This document shows, one piece after another, positions 8,913 through 17,400 of a stretch of 64,000 nt of DNA (its first letter is position 1; the number at the start of each line of letters is the position of its first letter). Origin of the DNA: Terriglobia bacterium. GTDB taxonomy: Bacteria; Acidobacteriota; Terriglobia; Terriglobales; Acidobacteriaceae. Made by a program: the position numbers and the translations under genes. The notes beneath the pieces are model-generated. The model searched no databases. It saw nothing but the letters and a program-made list of their open reading frames with translations, and was not told where the DNA came from. The stretch is taken from contig CAWGKF010000016.1 of the NCBI GenBank assembly GCA_963823085.1, forward strand, positions 126,824 to 190,823, in the 5' to 3' direction.

Positions 8913-11669
8913 CTAAGCTCGTTCCAGTTGGGCGTACTTCTCCACCAGCTTCTTTAAGCCGAAGCGTGGAAATTGTACCGTAATCTTGGCTTCTTCGCCT
9001 TCTCCTTCGCGCTGGTAGACCGTTCCCTCACCATATTTCGGATGTCGCACCCTTTGCCCCGGACGGAATCCGCGCTTGCCCGTCGGCTCCTCAACCGGCG
9101 CTGACTTGGGAACACTGAACTTCTTCCCCCGGCTGGCGAAGAACTCGGCGATGTTCTCGATGGAGTTATAGGCCTTGGCCGCTACCGTCTGTTTCGAGGT
9201 GCGTGCGTTGGTTCGGCTCGCCTCCCCAGCGTGCCATGACGCGCTCTGATCTTCATCTTCGTACGAATAGTGGGATGACTCGGAGCTGTAGCTTCCGGAG
9301 TTCGTGTGGGGACGGGCGCCCTCGCCCGTCCGGCGGAGCGAAGCTCCGTTAGTGCGGCGTGTTCCTAATTCCTCAATCAGCGGTCCCGGTACTTCCTCCA
9401 GAAAACGCGATGGCACGCTCGCTTCCGGTAGATCGGTTCCGTACCTGCGCCGGTAAACGGCCCGCGTCAGGATCAACTGATCCATCGCCCGCGTCATCCC
9501 TACATAACAAAGCCGCCGCTCTTCTTCGATGTCTTCCGGGACAAGCATCGTTCGCGAATGTGGAAATAGTCCCTCTTCCAGCCCGCTCAGAAACACGAGG
9601 GGGAATTCCAGTCCCTTGGCCGCATGCAGACTCATCAGCGTGATCTGTGCGCGCGCGTCGTAATCGTCGGCATCGGCAATCAGAGCTGCGTGATCAAGAA
9701 ACTGATCCAGCGTCTCGGCACGGTCGCAGGAGTCCATCGCTGCATTCACCAACTCCCGCAAGTTTTCGATCCGCGAATAGGCCTCGGGTGTGTCTTCTTC
9801 TTCCAGCAGCTTGATGTAGCCTGTACGGTCGATCAGGAATTTAAGGATGTCTGCCGTACTGACGGTCGGCGTCGGAAAGCCGGTCGGATCGGCCGGCGGT
9901 GAGCCATCCGCTTTCTCAATCACCTCAGACGGTTCTGCAGTAAGTGGTTCTGCCGCATTCTCACTCGCAACTCCATCCGGAGCATCATGCGCACCGAAGT
10001 CGAATGAAAAATTGCCGAACTCCTGAGGATTGAAATCGGTGGCGTCTGTTCCCGTGGCCACATCTTCCTCCGGCGCAAGCGCGAGCTCTTTGGTCGCCTG
10101 CAAAGGCTCGGCCGAAGTCCCTTCCAGCTGCTCGGTGAATGTGCCGGCTAGCATCGCCCGCGCATCTTCGATCAACTGCTGGAAGCTCTTCAGCGACGCC
10201 ACCGCCCTAGGAGGCACTAACTGCCGCTTCACTGCTTCTCCAATCGCTCCCCATAGCGACAGTCCTGCCTCCAGCGCCACTTGCTCGAGGGTGTCGATCG
10301 TGCCTTTGCCGATCCCGCGTGATGGCGTGTTGATCACGCGCAACAGCGAAATTGTGTCGTCCGGATTCAAGATCACTTTCAAGTACGAGATCATGTCTTT
10401 GATCTCGGATCGCTCATAGAATGAAAATCCGCCTACCACGTGGTACTTCAGCCCGTACCGGCGCATCGCCTCTTCGAACAATCGCGACTGCGAATTCGTT
10501 CGATACAACACAGCCGCTCGCGGAGTCTCTCCGCGTTCATTCGCCTCGCGCGCATAGCGGGCGATCCAGTCCGCAGCGAAGAGCGCTTCGTTCTCCCCGT
10601 CCGGCGCCTCGTAGTAGCCGATCTTCGTGCCGCCCTGCCGCGAGGTCCACAAATTTTTCCCTTTACGGCGAACGTTATTCGCTACTACTGCTGAAGCCGC
10701 CTGCAAAATGTTTTGTGTCGACCGATAGTTCTGCTCCAGACGGATGATCTTCGCCTCGGGAAAATCCTGCTCAAACTCGAGAATGTTGCGGATGTCCGCC
10801 CCGCGCCACGAATAGATCGATTGATCCTCGTCACCTACGGCGCAAACATTGTGCTGAGCACCGGCCAGCATGCGCATCAACTCGTATTGCGGACGATTTG
10901 TATCCTGGTACTCATCGATCAGCAGGTACTGAAATCGCTTGTTGTAGTATTCGCGCACCTGTGGCGCCGATTTCAGGAGCCGCACGGCATCCAGCAGAAG
11001 GTCGTCAAAGTCGAGCGCATTCGCCTTGCGCAGTTCCTTCCGGTATTCCTCGAATAGGTGCGCGACCTTTTCCGTTTTTGGATCTGCCGACTGAAGATAG
11101 AGCTCCTGCGGATCGAGCATGTGATTCTTGGCCCACGAAATCCGACCGAGCACGGTGCGGGGCGTAAGTTGCTTATCGTCCACCCCCAGTCGCTTCATGA
11201 CCGACTTCACCACGGACTGCTGATCGGATTCGTCATAGATCACAAAATTCTTCGTATGGCCGATTGGTGGTTGGCCCGGTACAGTCGAGGGAATGCGCAT
11301 CGCCTCGATGTCGCGCCGCAGCATCCGAACGCAGAAGGAGTGGAAGGTCGAGATCACCGGCTTCGCGATGCTCAGCCCGCCGACTAGTTTTTCGACGCGC
11401 TCCCCCATTTCCGCCGCAGCCTTATTGGTGAATGTCATTGCCAGAATGGACTCCGGCATTACGCCCTTGTGCTCGATCAGGTAGGCGATGCGATAGGTAA
11501 TGACGCGCGTCTTTCCGCTTCCGGCGCCGGCCAGAATCAGTACCGGTCCTTCGGTGGTTTCTACAGCCTCGCGCTGCTGCGGATTCAATTGGTCAAGAAA
11601 AGACAATGCGGAAAGTGGCTCCGGAGTTGATCTCTCAATTCTACAGGACCCTATGGCGAGGGTGCCCAC
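8913..11669 (-). CDS. UvrD/PcrA-type ATP-dependent DNA helicase with C-terminal Tudor-like domain
   Basis: Walker A AGAGSGKT, DEYQDTN (motif II), YRSTQNIL, and C-terminal 'GQRVRHPKYGEGTV...ITVQF'. Contains a long acidic insertion. The exact start is uncertain. Confidence 0.9.
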   Translation of the reverse strand: MGTLAIGSCRIERSTPEPLSALSFLDQLNPQQREAVETTEGPVLILAGAGSGKTRVITYRIAYLIEHKGVMPESILAMTFTNKAAAEMGERVEKLVGGLSIAKPVISTFHSFCVRMLRRDIEAMRIPSTVPGQPPIGHTKNFVIYDESDQQSVVKSVMKRLGVDDKQLTPRTVLGRISWAKNHMLDPQELYLQSADPKTEKVAHLFEEYRKELRKANALDFDDLLLDAVRLLKSAPQVREYYNKRFQYLLIDEYQDTNRPQYELMRMLAGAQHNVCAVGDEDQSIYSWRGADIRNILEFEQDFPEAKIIRLEQNYRSTQNILQAASAVVANNVRRKGKNLWTSRQGGTKIGYYEAPDGENEALFAADWIARYAREANERGETPRAAVLYRTNSQSRLFEEAMRRYGLKYHVVGGFSFYERSEIKDMISYLKVILNPDDTISLLRVINTPSRGIGKGTIDTLEQVALEAGLSLWGAIGEAVKRQLVPPRAVASLKSFQQLIEDARAMLAGTFTEQLEGTSAEPLQATKELALAPEEDVATGTDATDFNPQEFGNFSFDFGAHDAPDGVASENAAEPLTAEPSEVIEKADGSPPADPTGFPTPTVSTADILKFLIDRTGYIKLLEEEDTPEAYSRIENLRELVNAAMDSCDRAETLDQFLDHAALIADADDYDARAQITLMSLHAAKGLEFPLVFLSGLEEGLFPHSRTMLVPEDIEEERRLCYVGMTRAMDQLILTRAVYRRRYGTDLPEASVPSRFLEEVPGPLIEELGTRRTNGASLRRTGEGARPHTNSGSYSSESSHYSYEDEDQSASWHAGEASRTNARTSKQTVAAKAYNSIENIAEFFASRGKKFSVPKSAPVEEPTGKRGFRPGQRVRHPKYGEGTVYQREGEGEEAKITVQFPRFGLKKLVEKYAQLERA

Positions 11670-11888
11670 GACGCCGAAACCAAAGCCAACACATTTGAAA
11701 CTGACAAGCGCTCCTCAGGTGGAGCACCGCCGGCGCTGTCCAAGCGCAGAAATTCTCCGCAAGCCTTTCTGCTTCCCACGTTCTTTCACCGGAGTCGAAA
11801 TGGGCGGCGCGCCCGGTTCGAGTTACGCCCCTAGTAACGCGGACACGGCTTCTTCCTGGGAGTGGGCGCGCGCCCGATAGGAGCCACG

Positions 11889-13037
11889 ATGCGTCCCAAA
11901 ATTTTGGCTGTCCCGCTTTTGCTGCTTGCGATCGCTTGCGTTTTCCTGAATCAACACGCGGCACGCGCCGGAGAAGTCACACCCACTCCCGGCTACAAAG
12001 TGCTCGATCCCATCCGTCAGGGCAACCTTACTGTCTTTCCCGTGGTGGCCGCAAAGAGCTATCCCACCAGCGAGTTCCTCACCCTCGATGAAGGTCTTCG
12101 CTCTGGCGAAGTCGTCGTCACCGAAGCCGGCAGCGTGCAAGGTCTCGTCCGCCGCCACGGAACTCCGATCGTCCACGACGGAGCTCAAGTCAGCCGTCTG
12201 GTGCTGGTTAACAATTCGAAACGGCCTTTGCTGCTGCTTGCCGGTGAGATTGTTTCCGGTGGCAAGCAGGATCGAGTCATCGGCAAGGACCGCATCGTCC
12301 CGGCCGAAAGCGATCCCATCGATCTCAGCGTCTTTTGTGTCGAGCACGGACGCTGGGTAGCCACCACCGAACACTTCGGAGCCTCCGAGGCGTTGTATGG
12401 CAAAGCCGTGGGCGGACCTGTTTCAAATGCTCCGCCGCCGATGGCTCTAATGGTGCAACCCTCCGTCCGCGCGAAAGCCATGGGCGACAAGAGCCAGCAG
12501 GAAGTCTGGGACGAAGTAAGCAAGCAGAAGACAGAAATGACCAACCAGCTGAATGCATCAGTGCCCTCGGCTCAGACCGTGGAGATCGAGCGTGTGACTT
12601 CGTACGCCAAGGTGAATGAAAACCAGGACGTCCGAAAATATGTTGATTCCGTTGCCAAGCCGATCGAGCAGAGCTACCAAAGCCTGATTCACCAGTTGCG
12701 CGATCGGAACGCGGTCGGCGTTGTGGTGGCTGTCAACGGACGCGTCATCTGGGCCGATATCTTTGCCAGCACGGATCTGCTCTCGAAATATTGGCCGAAG
12801 CTTGTTCGCTCGTACGCCTCAGAAGCAGTGGTCACGCGAGCAAAGGAGTTGGAAATAACCAACAAGCAAGCCGAAGCCTTCCTTGCCGATATGGAAGGCC
12901 GTAAGGAGATGATCGAGAGCGAGCCGGGAATCTATCGCCATACCGAAGTCGATGGTGACGGATTCAAGGCCTTCGCTCTGACGTCGTTACTACCGAAGAC
13001 TGGCTTCGATCTGCACGTGGCAAAGATGGCAGAGTGA
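11889..13037 (+). CDS. DUF6569/ARPP-1-like protein with N-terminal signal peptide
   Basis: 'GNLTVFPVV...EFLTLDEGL..GEVVVTE...LVLVNNSKRPLLLLAGEIVSGGKQDRV...CVEHGRW' fits my recollection of the DUF6569 pattern. AGGAG lies 6 nt upstream of ATG 11889, and the N-terminus MRPKILAVPLLLLAIACVF is hydrophobic. Confidence 0.65.
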   Translation: MRPKILAVPLLLLAIACVFLNQHAARAGEVTPTPGYKVLDPIRQGNLTVFPVVAAKSYPTSEFLTLDEGLRSGEVVVTEAGSVQGLVRRHGTPIVHDGAQVSRLVLVNNSKRPLLLLAGEIVSGGKQDRVIGKDRIVPAESDPIDLSVFCVEHGRWVATTEHFGASEALYGKAVGGPVSNAPPPMALMVQPSVRAKAMGDKSQQEVWDEVSKQKTEMTNQLNASVPSAQTVEIERVTSYAKVNENQDVRKYVDSVAKPIEQSYQSLIHQLRDRNAVGVVVAVNGRVIWADIFASTDLLSKYWPKLVRSYASEAVVTRAKELEITNKQAEAFLADMEGRKEMIESEPGIYRHTEVDGDGFKAFALTSLLPKTGFDLHVAKMAE

Positions 13038-13088
13038 GAAGTTCATGCATCCCGTTGGCGAGTGCAAGCTTTCCTCCAACAGAGCACA

Positions 13089-13147
13089 AAGGGCACGATT
13101 GTCCGCGAAGAAAGAAACAAATTTCCTTCGTATGACTTCGTGCCCTT
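13089..13147. terminator. Long hairpin between convergent genes (possible bidirectional terminator)
   Basis: aagggcacga ... tcgtgccctt form a 10-bp outer stem, with further partial pairing inside. Confidence 0.35.
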
Positions 13148-13161
13148 CGTGGTTGAAGCTT

Positions 13162-14178
13162 CTAATTTCTCGTAGATTCGTACCAATTGCGCCATGCAGC
13201 GGCGTCGTTCGGCAGTTTCTGCTGCGTAATATCGCTGAGCGCATGAAATGCCCAGGCATGGGTCTGCGCGTCGAGCGACGGATCGTCGGTGTAATTCAAC
13301 AACTGTGGCACTGCTCGCATCCGCTGCTCGCTGGTAAACATTCCGGACGACGCGATGCCGCAAGCTGCTCGTTCCCGTACCTCAGGCGAGCCATCCGCAT
13401 GGATGGTCTTCAGCAAAGTATCGATTGCCACATCCGAGCCCGACAACGCGAGACCCTCCACTGCCCATCGCCGCGAATCCACGTCTGAGTCTTGCAGGTG
13501 GTTCGTGAGCACATTCACCACCCGATCCGTTTCCACGGCGCGATTTGCCATCAGCCCGAGTGCCCACAGCGCCCAAATCTTCTGAGCGTGATCTGGAGAT
13601 TCCGCAGTCTTTAGCAGATATTCGAGACTTTGCGAGTTCTTTGACAGCCCGTAAGCCGCGAGTTCCACCTCAACTCCCGACTCGCGCACCCGCATATCGT
13701 TCGAGTTCAGCGCGGCCGTCGTCAGATTTGCAATCTGAGAAGTCCACTGCACCTGGCCTTTCCAGCGATCGACTTCCGCCGAAATCTGCTCCACCGCTCC
13801 CGGCGAACGCCCCACTGCTCGCTCGAGCAAAGTCTCTGCCTGCTTCTGAGCCCTCGTCCCGTCAATCGGACCGGAACTCACGCCGGATACAGGCTCATTC
13901 ATCGGTCCACGTTCTGCTGATCGCGTAACTGTGCGGTGGGAATGACTCAAGGTTCCCGCCACGATCGCGGCAAACATTCCTATGCCAGCTGCCAGCAGCT
14001 GCACTGTGGGCGCCGGCGTTTTTCGTGCTGGTGTCTGACTAACCCCTTGCCCGAGGTTGGGAATATCCGAGCCCGGTCCGAGCGTCCCATAATCCGGTGT
14101 GGGCAGCAGTCGCGGATCGACCGGCGTCCCCTCCGGTTGCGAACTGGTTCCCTGCGGGAATTCTGAAGACAAATTCAT
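13162..14178 (-). CDS. HEAT-repeat protein with Pro-rich N-terminus and one TM segment
   Basis: Repeated 'D.RVR..A...L' style HEAT units (DSDVDSRRWAVEGLALSG, GSPEVRERAACGIASSG). TM segment LLAAGIGMFAAIVAGTL. Start chosen at ATG 14178 to avoid overlap with the divergent gene. Confidence 0.7.
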   Translation of the reverse strand: MNLSSEFPQGTSSQPEGTPVDPRLLPTPDYGTLGPGSDIPNLGQGVSQTPARKTPAPTVQLLAAGIGMFAAIVAGTLSHSHRTVTRSAERGPMNEPVSGVSSGPIDGTRAQKQAETLLERAVGRSPGAVEQISAEVDRWKGQVQWTSQIANLTTAALNSNDMRVRESGVEVELAAYGLSKNSQSLEYLLKTAESPDHAQKIWALWALGLMANRAVETDRVVNVLTNHLQDSDVDSRRWAVEGLALSGSDVAIDTLLKTIHADGSPEVRERAACGIASSGMFTSEQRMRAVPQLLNYTDDPSLDAQTHAWAFHALSDITQQKLPNDAAAWRNWYESTRN

Positions 14179-14332
14179 ATAAAGAAGTCTAGGAGCCAGA
14201 TGTAAATAGGGTAAAGTTACCTTCGGGTCAAACGATTGTTCGGCACGATTTGCGGATACAGTTCTCCCCATGTGTTTGGAAAGGCCCCCAATCCGCGGAG
14301 CAGGACTCGCACCAACTCATCAGGAGGAAGTC

Positions 14333-15367
14333 ATGTCTACGAAATTCAGATGGCTGGTAGCGGTCATCGGCGTGTCCCTGGCAGCAGCCGGTCTCGCAGC
14401 CGCTGGTCCGGGATATCACGTCGTGAAAACCTACAAAGTTGGCGGAGACGGCGGATGGGATTACCTCACCGCCGATGCCAGCGCCCGTCGTCTCTACATA
14501 TCACGCGGCACCCACGTCATGGTTCTCGACCTTGATTCCGGCAAAACTGTCGGCGACATCCCCGACACACCCGGCGTTCACGGCATCGCTCTTGCTCCAG
14601 AACTCGGGCGCGGTTTTACCAGCAACGGTCGCGAAGGCACCGTCACTATCTTCGACATCAAGACTCTCGCGCCCATTGGCAGCAAGGTAAAAGTTGGTGA
14701 GAATCCAGATGCGATTCTCTATGATCCCGCTACCAAGCGCGTCTTCACGTTCAACGGACGCAGCCAGGACTCCACTGCAATCGATGCGACGAACGGAAAC
14801 GTTCTGGGCACCATCAAACTCGACGGCAAGCCCGAATTCGCCGCCAGTGACGCCAAAGGCGAAATATTCGTCAACATCGAAGATAAGAGTGAACTGGTCG
14901 CTATCGATCCCAACAAGCTGGAAGTGAAATCAAAATGGCCGCTCGCCCCTTGCACCGAGCCCAGCGGGCTCTCCATCGATCGCAAGAACCGCCGCCTCTT
15001 CGTCGGTTGTGACAATAAAATGATGGCCGTGGTCGACGCCGATAGCGGCAAGGTTCTGGCGACACCGGCGATCGGCGAAGGCGTCGATGCCACCACTTTC
15101 GACGAAGAAACCGGGCTCGCGTTCGCATCTTGCGGGCAAGATGCCGTGCTCACCGTCGTCAAAGAAGAAACGCCGGACAAGTTCACGGTCGCGGAGAACG
15201 TTCCCACCAAAAAGGGAGCCCGCACGTTGGCCCTCGATTCGCAGACCCATAACGTATTCGTTGTGACCGCCGACTTCGGTCCGCGTCCCGCACCAACAGC
15301 CGATAACCCTCGTGCGCGTCCGCCCATGATTCCAGACAGTTTCGTGGTTCTGGTAGTCGGAAGGTAG
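14333..15367 (+). CDS. Secreted YVTN-family beta-propeller repeat protein
   Basis: AGGAGG upstream of ATG 14333, and a signal peptide. Repeated '...G..P.GIA..P...R.F.' blades (GVHGIALAPELGRGFTSN, ENPDAILYDPATKRVFTFN). Confidence 0.8.
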   Translation: MSTKFRWLVAVIGVSLAAAGLAAAGPGYHVVKTYKVGGDGGWDYLTADASARRLYISRGTHVMVLDLDSGKTVGDIPDTPGVHGIALAPELGRGFTSNGREGTVTIFDIKTLAPIGSKVKVGENPDAILYDPATKRVFTFNGRSQDSTAIDATNGNVLGTIKLDGKPEFAASDAKGEIFVNIEDKSELVAIDPNKLEVKSKWPLAPCTEPSGLSIDRKNRRLFVGCDNKMMAVVDADSGKVLATPAIGEGVDATTFDEETGLAFASCGQDAVLTVVKEETPDKFTVAENVPTKKGARTLALDSQTHNVFVVTADFGPRPAPTADNPRARPPMIPDSFVVLVVGR

Positions 15368-15593
15368 GCCGATGGGTTGCACGAGGAGGAAGTTCGTTCG
15401 TTCCGGCCCAGTGGTTGCCCATTGCTCGCCGCTGGTCCAAGCCAGCAACTTGATTTCGCCGCTCACGAGTTCGCTACTCGCAAACGCAACCAATTACAAT
15501 ATTTCGGCCACTAAGTAACGCGATAATTTAAGAGGTGCTGGCGCTCAGAACGCATCGCTCAGATCCACGACGATCGGATTCCGTAACGACATC

Positions 15594-16472
15594 ATGACCA
15601 TGAGAGTTCGCAAAGCTGTTTTTCCCGCAGCAGGCTTGGGCACACGCTTCTTGCCCGCTACCAAAGCCCAACCCAAAGAGATGCTCCCGCTGGTCGACAA
15701 GCCCATCATCCAATACGGCGTCGAAGAAGCGATGGCCTCCGGATGCGACCAGATCCTCATCATCACCGGCCGCGGCAAGCAGGCGATCGAAGACCACTTC
15801 GACGTCAGTTATGAGCTCGAGAAGATGCTCGAGGAGCGCGGCAAGACCGACCTGCTTAAGATCGTCCGCTCGATTTCTGACATGATTTACGTTGGCTACG
15901 TTCGTCAGAAAGAAGCGCTTGGACTCGGGCACGCCGTCCTCATGGCCCGCGAACTCGTCGGCCACGAGCCCTTCGCGGTTCTACTCGCCGATGACGTTAT
16001 CGATGCTCCCGTCCCGGCCCTCAAACAGATGGTCAATGTATTTAACGAGAAGCAATGCAGCGTGATTGCCGCGCAGGTGATCGAAGGCAAGATGATCTCT
16101 TCCTACGGAGTCTTCGACGCGCAGCCTGCCGACGGATTTAATGGCCGCCTCTTCGAGATCCGCAACATGGTCGAGAAACCCAAGTTCGAAGAGGCGCCTT
16201 CCAATCTCGCCGTAATAGGCCGTTACATCCTTACTCCCGCGATCTTCGATTGCCTTGCGAAAACGCCAACCGGCGCCGGCGGCGAACTCCAGCTTACCGA
16301 CGGCATGCGCATGCTGCTCAAGCAGGAAAAAATGTACGCCTACGTCTACGAGGGCAATCGTTACGACACCGGAGATAAATTAGGATTCCTCAAAGCGACT
16401 GTGGAATTTGCCCTCAAGCGGCCCGATCTGGGTGGTCCCTTCCGCGAGTACCTGAAAGGCTTGTCCATTTAG
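15594..16472 (+). CDS. galU: UTP--glucose-1-phosphate uridylyltransferase
   Basis: N-terminal KAVFPAAGLGTRFLPATKAQPKEMLPLVDKPIIQY is the canonical GalU signature. Confidence 0.92.
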   Translation: MTMRVRKAVFPAAGLGTRFLPATKAQPKEMLPLVDKPIIQYGVEEAMASGCDQILIITGRGKQAIEDHFDVSYELEKMLEERGKTDLLKIVRSISDMIYVGYVRQKEALGLGHAVLMARELVGHEPFAVLLADDVIDAPVPALKQMVNVFNEKQCSVIAAQVIEGKMISSYGVFDAQPADGFNGRLFEIRNMVEKPKFEEAPSNLAVIGRYILTPAIFDCLAKTPTGAGGELQLTDGMRMLLKQEKMYAYVYEGNRYDTGDKLGFLKATVEFALKRPDLGGPFREYLKGLSI

Positions 16473-16637
16473 CCTGCGCTACCGTGGTCTCAGGTTTGCG
16501 ACTTTTCGCCGCCTTGACCTCACGGGTAGACTCTGTGTTACCAGAAGGGGCGGCGAGCAGGAGTTTTTCGCAAAAGCGATTTCTTAATCCTGCCTTGTTC
16601 TCCCTTTGCTTCAGATGGAAGCGAGGATTCACTCTGG

Positions 16638-17321
16638 ATGGGAAAGCGCAGCGAGACCCGAAAAGACATCCAAGTCCCAGTGCGCATCTTCGGAACCGAT
16701 ACTACCGGCGCCGTCTTTTCCCAAAAAGCTGTCACCGTGAATATCAGCCGCAACGGTGTAGAGATTGCTGGCTTTGAAGCCAACGTCGCGGTCAATGAAA
16801 TCATAGGCCTCACCTACGGTCCGAATCGCGTCCACTTTCGGGTGAAGTGGGTGGGCAAACCGAACACGCCGAGGGCCGGTCACTTGGGCCTGCTGAACGT
16901 TTCCCCTGGAAAGCCGCTGTGGGATTTCCCCTTGGAAACGTCCTTTGGTGATCCTTATCAAGCGAGCCTCTCCGAGAATCGCAAAACGCCACGCTATCGC
17001 TGTCAAAACTCGATTGAGATCCACATTCTTAATGGTGCTTCCTTCTGGGGCACGGTCGCCGATCTCAGTGTTGGCGGATGCTATGCGGAATTGGCGATCC
17101 CAATGGAAGTCGGTACGAAGCTCAGAGTGGCCATCTGGGTCGGACAAGCCAAGGCTTGGGCGGAAGGCGAAGTCGCACATAGAACTCCGGGATTCGGAGT
17201 CGGCATCCGTTTCACAAATATCTCGGACCAGGATCTCGAAATCATCCGCCAATATCTCAACACGCTCGCGCCCTTCGCCCGTAAGCCTTTACTCGCCAAC
17301 GCACCCCGATCGCCGCGTTAA
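16638..17321 (+). CDS. Tandem PilZ-domain protein (putative c-di-GMP receptor)
   Basis: Two RxxxR ... (D/N)xSxxG motif pairs: RSETR...NISRNG and RKTPR...DLSVGG. Confidence 0.75.
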   Translation: MGKRSETRKDIQVPVRIFGTDTTGAVFSQKAVTVNISRNGVEIAGFEANVAVNEIIGLTYGPNRVHFRVKWVGKPNTPRAGHLGLLNVSPGKPLWDFPLETSFGDPYQASLSENRKTPRYRCQNSIEIHILNGASFWGTVADLSVGGCYAELAIPMEVGTKLRVAIWVGQAKAWAEGEVAHRTPGFGVGIRFTNISDQDLEIIRQYLNTLAPFARKPLLANAPRSPR

Positions 17322-17400
17322 GAGAGCTTGGGTAAGTCCCATGCATTTACCGTGGAGATGGACCATGCCACGCGTTGGTTCCTGTTAAAATTAAAGAGCG

